The notes beneath the pieces were generated by a model. The model did not search any database. It was not told where the DNA came from and saw only the letters and a program-made list of their open reading frames with translations. Position numbers and translations under genes: made by a program. This document shows positions 56,591 to 64,000 of a stretch of 64,000 nucleotides of DNA, one piece after another. This DNA comes from the human T2T-CHM13v2.0 reference genome, Homo sapiens: contig CP068257.2 in NCBI GenBank assembly GCA_009914755.4, forward strand, positions 30,656,001 through 30,720,000, written 5' to 3'. Position 1 is the stretch's first letter; each line of letters begins with the position of its first letter.

Positions 56591-57094
56591 CATTTTTATA
56601 TACATGTTCTCTTTCCCCCAGCATTTCCTGCAACTGGACATAAATGGCCAAGTGTGCAAAAATGGACCATGCAAAGATGTTTATCACAGCATTCTTTATC
56701 ATAATAAAAAACTGGAAAACCACCCACAGCTCCAGTATCATACAACTGCGTGATACATGATGGTACATTTACCCATCTACCACTGACCACTAACAAAGTC
56801 ACAGCAGGTCCGCAGTCATCGGGTGGGGAAAAAAAATCTCTAAATATGGTATTATGCTAAAAACAAACAAAAGACCAGGCTACACACAGCATGCATAATA
56901 TCCTATTAATATATAAAATTATACATAATTTTATCACACACACACAGATATATAACAAGGTTTCTACAGGGAAATTCACCAAACTTATAATGAGATAGAC
57001 TCTGGGTAATGGGAGTTTTTTTTTTGTTTTCTTCTCTATTTTTTGCAGTGTGAATACTTGCAATGAGTATGTCTTTTAGCCCTGTGATCACAAA

Positions 57095-58210
57095 AACCAG
57101 TAATTCCAAATTTTATGAGTGGTAGAGGAGAGTGGACATCATACAGTAGAATTCTACTCAGCAACAAAAAGTAAGAAACTACTTATTCCCACCACATGGA
57201 TGAATCTGGAAAGCATCACTGAACTTAAAGAAGTGAAACGCATCACAGTTGACACACTATATGATTATACTGCACGGTTCCAAGTATACAAAGGTCTCAA
57301 ACAGGCAAAACAACCTCAGGGTTACAGAAATCAAAAGAGTGGTTGCTTTGGAGGGAAGGGGATTTTGAGAAGATGCACAAGAAACTTTCTGGGATGATGA
57401 AAATCTTCTTGGATAGGAATGTGGGGTACACAGATACATGAAGTACACATATTTCTGTATATTTCAAAATATGTAAACTTACCTCAATTAAAAGAAAAGG
57501 CAGGTAAGGAGGGAGGCAACCCTCTAAAAGAGCCCAGTCTGTCATTCCATCATCAAGCCACCCACTGGATGGAGAGGAATAATGGCCAAATATCTCTAAA
57601 TTTTGTGAAAACTATAAACCTACAGACCACGAAGCTCACTGAACCCAAAGTACAAGAAACTTGAATAAAACTACCCTGAAGTGTATCATTATCAAACTGC
57701 TTTAAACCATGTAAAAAAAAAAAAATCCTAAAATCAGTCAGAGAAAGAAGACACAACACACAGAGAAACAAAGGCAAGAAAGGCAAGTTTCTTACTGGAA
57801 GCAAAGCAGGCCAGAAGACAGAAAAGCAACAAGTTTGAAATACTTAAAGGAGGAAAAAACTATCAACATAGAATTTTATACCCAGTGAAACTTCCCAACT
57901 TGTTTTATAAGGCCAGCATTACTTAATCCTTAAGACCAAAGACATTGCAGGAAAATAAAATTACAAATATCCCTCATGGACACAGATGCAAAAATTCTTA
58001 ATGAAATATTAACAAATCAAACAATATATAAAAATAACACATCAAAATCAAGCAGGCTTATCCCAGGAATGCAAGGTTGGTTTAACATTCAAAAATTTGT
58101 TAATATAATTCATCTTATTGGTAGACTAATCAAAAAACAAGACATTATACAACATCTTGAAATGGAAAAAAGCACTTGACAAAAAGCATTTGACAAAATC
58201 CAAACATCCA
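57095..58210 (+). mobile_element. Old L1 (L1M-like) 3'-end and ORF fragments
   Basis: catggatgaatctggaaagcatcactgaacttaaagaagtga resembles the L1M 3' end. Later sequence (ggatggttcatcaat etc.) resembles the ORF1/ORF2 junction. Confidence 0.5.
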
Positions 58211-58401
58211 TTCCTGATAAAAGATGGTTCATCAATTCTGGGGTTATCCAGTATCTGCCACTCTGCCCCAGACACAGCCCCTCTCATTTCCTACAGGGCC
58301 ATATTCATGCCACCTGGCTTGAAATGCATCTATAGCTTGGTTTGTCTAGCATACTCTTTCCCACAGAAATTTAATCTGGATCTCTAAGAAAAGACACTTA
58401 C

Positions 58402-58588
58402 CAACAACGCATTTAATCTAAGCAGCATTTCCTTCTCCTGATTCTGAGTATTATCATCATCTTGCTGTCCACCACTGAAAGACACGATCAGCCACTTCAC
58501 ACAGGACTCCAAAAGGGTCCTTCTCCAGGCACACAGCTCTTCTGCTGACCCTTCCAGAGCTGCTGAAATGGAGTCGGCCACGATCCAC
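58402..58588 (-). CDS. URB1: URB1 exon (1 nt start, ends phase 0): (R)WIVADSISAALEGSAEELCAWRRTLLESCVKWLIVSFSGGQQDDDNTQNQEKEMLLRLNALL
   Basis: Acceptor tctcatctcctgctgcag|GTGGATC and donor GTTGTTG|gtaagtg. Both are strong consensus sites. Confidence 0.85.
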
Positions 58589-59205
58589 CTGCAGCAGGAG
58601 ATGAGAGTCAGAGACAGAGAGCAGGTTTAAATCCTTCTGACTTTACGTATAATCCAGCATCACAAAGAGCCATATGGGATAGATGCTGAGTCCTGCTCCC
58701 CACACTACCCACTCACAGGAATCACAGGCTTCCCTGGACTCTTACTCAAATGCCAAAGATATACCAAAATTTTTACAAGCAAGGGAAATACTATTAGTAC
58801 ACCAGGAAAAGGACACGTATGTCCAGACTTTTTCTAAATCAGGGTTTCTCAACCTCAGTGCTACTGACATTATGGGACAGATAATTCTACCCTTTAGAAG
58901 CCAGAAGCAACACCCTCTCATCCTAGTTGTGACAATAAAAGATGTCAGACATTGTCAATTGTCCCCTGGGAGAAAATCACCCCCAGCTGAGATCCATGGC
59001 TCTCAGGGAACCCGACCCAGCCATCTACTTGTGGAGATGTACAAGCTCCAGGCAGGATGGCTGGAAGTAGAGTTCTCATAGGAACTGCCTGATCACAGAT
59101 GGGGCACAACAGTAATGCAGCAGTTTTTCAATGACTTACTCTATGAATTAAAAAAAAAATGACACCGAGAGTGGAACATCCTGCAACCAACCTGAGCCTT
59201 CATAC

Positions 59206-59407
59206 CTCTTGTGACTGCTTGGGGTGTGAAGCAAGCTGGGCAGGCGGTCCATGAGTACACTGAGATCCTTGGCTCGTGCAAACGGGACCAGCTGTGCCAG
59301 GATCTCCTGGTACAGCCCAGATGCTGGGGGACTGTCAGTGCTAAGAAGCCTGCTCTGTAGCTGCCTCCACAGGGTCTTCCTCAAGACAGGAATGACAGCA
59401 GAAGACA
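59206..59407 (-). CDS. URB1: URB1 exon (starts with 2 nt, ends +2): (V)SSAVIPVLRKTLWRQLQSRLLSTDSPPASGLYQEILAQLVPFARAKDLSVLMDRLPSLLHTPSSHK
   Basis: Acceptor ctcctttgtatctctgccctag|TG and donor CAAGAG|gtatga. Phase-compatible with both neighbouring exons. Confidence 0.8.
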
Positions 59408-59754
59408 CTAGGGCAGAGATACAAAGGAGAAGTCATCACACCCAATGGTGGGCTGCAGCCAGCTTGGACCAGCTCCTAGGAACTGGTTGCTATATTTTAG
59501 GTATCCTGTGACCCTGGTGATGCCACACCGGTGGCCTGAAATTGGTCACGGCAGGAGTACTGACACCATGGAAACTGGCACACCTGTCTCCTTCAAGGGT
59601 CCTCCCCTATCTCATCAGTCAACACTCTTGATGGATACTCTTCAACACAGGGGGCCCTGGCTATAGATGCTATTTCTAAGCTCATGATGAGACCATGAGT
59701 GCCAAGGTTCTCAATTCATATGGGATTCATTCTTCAAAGCCATGGAATAGGGAG

Positions 59755-60190
59755 GGTAGCTGCTATGGTTTGGATGTCTGTCCCCTCCAAATCTCATGTT
59801 GAAATGTGATCTCCAGTGTTGGAGGTGGGGTCTAATGGGAGGTGTTTGGGTCATGGAGGCAGGTCCCTCATGAATGGCTTGGTGCAGTCCTTGTGGTAGA
59901 GTGAATGAGTTCTGGCTCACCCTATTAGTTCCCAGAGTGCCAGGTGTTAAAAAGAGCCTGCCACCTCCTGTGCCTCTTGCTTCCCCTCTGGCCGTGTGAT
60001 CTCTGCAGAGCTGGCTCCGCTTTTTCTTCCACCATGAGTGGAAGCAGCCTGAGGCCCTCACAAGAAGCAGACGCTAGCTCCTTGCTTCCTGTACAGCCTG
60101 CAGACGCATGGGCCAAATAAGCCTCTTTTCTTTATAAATCACTCATCCTCAGGTCTTCCGTTATACCAATGTTAAATGGACTATGACTAG
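59755..60190 (+). mobile_element. MaLR LTR (THE1/MST-like) in the URB1 intron between exons 59407 and 60788
   Basis: gctatggtttggatgtctgtcccctccaaatctcatgttgaaatgtgatc...gccaaataagcctcttttctttataaatcactcatcctcaggtc. Confidence 0.55.
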
Positions 60191-60787
60191 AAGACTTGCA
60201 GGGCACTGTCTTACTTTTTAAAACCTCTGTCATCAATGATAGGAAGTTATGCAAAACAGAGGCAAAGTGGTGAGTAAAAATCACCCATGCATTCAACAAA
60301 AGGGAATTACATTAAATTTGGGGTAATTGAAAAGTGCCTCAGCTCTGAAACCCAGTGAGTGGAGACAGAAGAGAGAGCTGAACCCAGGCTGCCTCGACTC
60401 AACATCAACTCATCAACATCTCCCCAGAGGGCAGGGAACCCTGGGACATGGGATGGATTGGCACCCAAGAACTCCTTCAACGTAACAGGACAGCCCTAAA
60501 TAACCCCCGCTACTGTACCCAACTCCCGCCAGCTTCATGTGGGGGAACTCAGACCTGATGGGGCACAATGGGCTGTGCCTCAAGCCACAAAGTAGGGAGA
60601 CTGAAGGGAGACAGGGTACTGGGGAGAATTACTCCACCTTTCTCCATCTTCAGAGTTGTGTCAGACACTGGAAACTAACCCACATCCCAGAACCTGAATT
60701 TCTAGGGTTTAAAAATGGCCATGCAGTTCACCTTCTTAGCCCGTGCAACTTAAGACCCCAGCTGCCCAAAGCTAGCCTTTCCCTTAC

Positions 60788-61643
60788 CTCCTGCTGGGCG
60801 TGTGAAGTGGCTCCGTGTCCTGCACTGGAGGTACACATGGATGAGGGGAAGGAAGTCGTCCAGGTCCCCCTGGAGGCCGAGCCCTGGGCCAGCCTGCAGG
60901 CACCACTGCTCGAACCACAGCAGGTGGGTGCAGCTCTCCTGGAGGAGCAGGGCAGCGATGCTGAGGGCCGCCTGTGTGCGCCGGGCCAGGCAGTAGTCAA
61001 GCAGATCAGCCCCGACTGCGGGGGCCAGCACAGGGTCTCTCTGCAGAGTGTGGAGGAGCACTGTGTCCAGCTCGTCCACTGCTAGCGTGGGCAGCAGAGC
61101 CCCCAGGCCTCTCACATACTCGGAGGACCACAGGAGCTCACCACTCTGCAGCTGATCCTGGGGGCTGCAGGTCAGCAGCTGCACCAGGGTCTTTCCAAGA
61201 GCATTCAGGTGTCTTTCTTTCCCGGGGGATTTCGTGGGTTGCTGGGTCACCAGGTGTGTCTCAGGCAGGCTCAGCAAGGCCAGGGTGACCTCACGGAGCT
61301 GGGCACCCTCCATGTATGGATGCAGCTCCTGCAGGGCCTCCAGCTGCGGCGGGGTCTTTGGTGGTGATGTGGCCGGGCCCGCCCTCCTGTTCTGAAGTTC
61401 CTTCAGCACACTCTGGGTGATGGCCTCTGAGTACCTGGCCAGAAGGCCCAGCTGCCCAATGTTCTGGAGGATCGGGGCACTTGCTGCCAGCAGCTGAAGG
61501 ACCCCTGCACTAAAGTGGGTGGCCAGGAGCTTCACGAGGACAGGGCTGAGCGTGTGCGGCGGGAGGGCCTGCTGCTCCAGGGCCAGGAACCAGCCCTCCA
61601 GGGTGGGGTGCCTGAGGATGGCCACAAGCACCTCCTCCAGCGT
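60788..61643 (-). CDS. URB1: URB1 large exon (856 nt, phase 0, ends +1): TLEEVLVAILRHPTLEGWFLALEQQ...LQCRTRSHFTRPAG
   Basis: Acceptor cactgcctttcag|ACGCTGGAG and donor CAGGAG|gtaagggaaagg. 285-codon open frame, Leu-rich and helical. MRAP's minus-strand neighbour on chr21 is URB1, which supports the gene symbol. Confidence 0.85.
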
Positions 61644-63135
61644 CTGAAAGGCAGTGACGAGGCACAGACGTCACATAGAGCACAGGGCTAAGACAGGGGC
61701 GGCAGCTGCCACGCAAGTATTCACTGTTGTTAGCGAGACAGAGAGCAGAAGGCCCCTTTCCTAATCCATTCCATCCTCAAGCCTACATTTCCATGCCCAC
61801 CTCGGGGTGCCCAAGGCATCGCAGCCAAGCCCAGCCAGAGCTGTCATCCAGTTATACCACAATCGCCTGAGACACTCCACCTGCCCCGGAAGGACTGGAC
61901 TGTGACCTGGCTGGTGCCCCACCCACATTTGCGAGCACGTGTCTGAAGAACCCAGCCTGGGTGAATTTCCAGCATGGGAAAAGTGCTCTCTATGGTCACT
62001 CAGTGTGGGGGGCGGGCCGTGCAGAAACACCACCATGTGAGTAAGATCAATCAGCTGCTGGCTTCTCCTCAGCGGCCTTGCCCTCCTAGATAAATCTGGT
62101 TGAGGGACAGGGGTGTCTACTTACAGCTGGGGTGATGTCAGTTTAGATGAGACCATGTGTCCGGGGAAAGTGGGTTGGGATTAAACCACCGTGTGTCTAC
62201 GATCCTGAATTGAAAGTAATCCTGTCTCCACTGTCAGGAGGAGACTGGGCCTTGAGTGACCCCACAAAACCCCCAAACTAGTTCTGACCTGGCCAACTGA
62301 GTAAACATTGAGCAGAATGCAGTTGAGCTCCCTTGCTGGATTAGAGAATAATTTCATTCAGTCATTCCTCACAGCCCTGCTGAACCGATTCCTCGCCAAC
62401 GACACTCCACCAGTTCCCAGAGACAGAAAGAAATTTTCTTTCCTTATTTATTCTTAGGGAAGGAAAGAGGAGCCTATCACAGTCTCCACTCAAGCTTTAC
62501 CAGTTAAAAACAGCAAAGCACGATTACATATTGAGAATGCTTTGCCTCACGCTGACTGGCTAATAATAGGTGGTCCCACCCAAGAAAATACCTCCCAGAA
62601 AGGCAACTCAGAGCTCAAAGGAAAAAAGTGTATATTTCAATTAGATTGTGCAACAAGGAACGTGTCTGCCTCCTGAACCCGGTAAAACAGGTTACATGGC
62701 AAACTGTGAAATAGTCATCTTGGCCCCAATTAAACAGCCTGCTTCCCAAGACTCCCAACAGGACAGAAAGGCTGCTGCTTCTCAGAGCAGTCTATTTCCT
62801 GTGTGTATTTCCTGTGAAAAGCAGCACCTGCTGCCCACCTTTCACTCAACACAAGCTGCAGCTATTCACACTGTTTCTCAGCAGGCTCACCTCACACAGC
62901 GTGAGAGAAAGCTGTCTGCAGGGAGGGTGACTGTACACAGAAAAGCAACGGGAAAGAGAAGCCCAAATTAAACCGCACGCTGGGCGGGTGCCAGGAAGTT
63001 TTTATGATCTCTGCTGTAGTTTCTGCATTTCCCAATTTTCCCACAATGGACCTATGTTTGTTTTTAATCAGAAGTGAAGAGAAAGCCACTGCCCATGACT
63101 CTGAGAATAGGCTACCAGGCAACCTGTGGCGGTAC

Positions 63136-63315
63136 CTGATCATTGGCCAACTCCAGCGAGGCCACGGACTCCATGTCCAGGAAGAGGTCGGCTTCGGCCC
63201 GGGCGGCCTCGCATCTCTGCTGGTTCTGGGCATCCAGCTGCTCACAGTGGACAACCAGGCGCCTGAGGAGATCCAGGAAGAGCTGCAGGAGGGGCGGGCC
63301 CACACTTCTGCCCAG
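63136..63315 (-). CDS. URB1: URB1 exon (phase 0 to 0): LGRSVGPPLLQLFLDLLRRLVVHCEQLDAQNQQRCEAARAEADLFLDMESVASLELANDQ
   Basis: Minus-strand acceptor tgctcttgtcctcacag|CTGGGC and donor GATCAG|gtaccg. Open frame only in this phase. It joins in phase to the next exon at 61643. Confidence 0.75.
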
Positions 63316-63640
63316 CTGTGAGGACAAGAGCACGAGCCTCAGCAGGGAAGAGACGGGTTCACAGCCACCAGGCAGTGACTTCCAGGGCCCGTGTTTTCAG
63401 AGCAGGAGACTCGGGAGGCAGGCTGAGATGGCAACTCCTCACAGAGTGTGTGAGACACCCATCAATGCAATGCCATTTCTCAAATAAGAGATGTGTCTTC
63501 CTAAGCCTTGGTGAAACACAAAGGTTGTTTTGACTAAACTGAAAGGGACAGGCCCACCTCAAAACTTAAAAATCCCTTGAACCACATCAGGAACAGAAAT
63601 TCATCAGCCAGTTACTAAATTAATACACTTAAGAGGGAGG

Positions 63641-63971
63641 GCTGGGCCAGGCTCAGTGGCTCACGCCTGTAATCCCAGCACTTCGGGAGGCTGTGGCGGG
63701 TATATCACCTGAGGTCAGGAGTTCAAGACCAGCCTGGCCAACATGGCGAAACCCCATCTCTACTAAAAATACAAAAATTAGCCAGGCGTGTTGGTGTGCA
63801 CTTGTTATCCCAGCTACTAGGGAGGCTGACGGTTGCAGTGAGCTGAGGGTTGCTGTTGAGGGTTCAACAGCTTGAACCCGGGAGGCAGAGGTTGCAGTGA
63901 GCCAAGATCCTGCCATTGCACTCCATCCTGGGCAACAAGAGCGAAACTCTGTCTCAGAAAAAAAAAAAAAA
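63641..63971 (+). mobile_element. Alu (sense, with an internal 25-bp duplication), followed by another Alu starting at 63983
   Basis: Alu consensus. ggttgcagtgagc...gagggttgctgttgagggttcaacagcttgaacccgggaggcagaggttgcagtgagcc. Confidence 0.88.
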
Positions 63972-64000
63972 GAGGGAGGGAGGGCTGGGTGCGGTGGCTC

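Noticed and set aside
60537-61288. + strand ORFs (182, 64 and 104 aa) opposite the 856-nt URB1 exon
   Set aside because: Antisense-frame artefacts of a long GC-rich coding exon. No splice sites or start context.

Overview
This window is human genomic DNA that I identify, from protein recognition and repeat content, as chr21q22.11: the MRAP gene on the + strand converging tail-to-tail with the 3' half of URB1 on the - strand. About half of the window is interspersed repeats: roughly 30 Alu copies, several L1 fragments, THE1/MST-type LTRs and a MITE-like DNA transposon.

MRAP coding exons can be placed exactly:
- the ATG exon at 12652-12757
- the transmembrane exon at 20398-20497
- the alpha terminal exon at 25441-25753 (172 aa in total)
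- the alternative beta terminal exon at 28308-28410 (102 aa), with its AATAAA at 28512-28517

The beta exon and its poly(A) signal lie antisense inside the 3' region of URB1, whose stop codon is at 28675-28677.

For URB1 I reconstructed a chain of 19 minus-strand exons running from 63315 down to the stop at 28675. Eighteen have canonical AG/GT boundaries and their reading-frame phases interlock without exception. The one phase-required exon that cannot be confirmed is the weak candidate at 38597-38714.

Other notable non-genic structure:
- a CpG-dense 23-bp minisatellite of about 31 copies (13975-14690) in MRAP intron 3, flanked by inverted Alu fragments and followed by an AT-rich palindromic repeat
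- a hairpin-prone TA-rich tandem expansion inside an L1 (3366-3890)
- a 120-bp polypurine tract (17281-17400)
- an alternating purine/pyrimidine CpG tract (29770-29880)
- G-run and C-run blocks upstream of MRAP exon 5

I see no evidence of a novel prokaryote-style system. All long ORFs outside the two genes are explained by repeats or by antisense reading of URB1 exons. The ORF track evidently accepts GTG/TTG/CTG as start codons, so its 'M' starts are not reliable.
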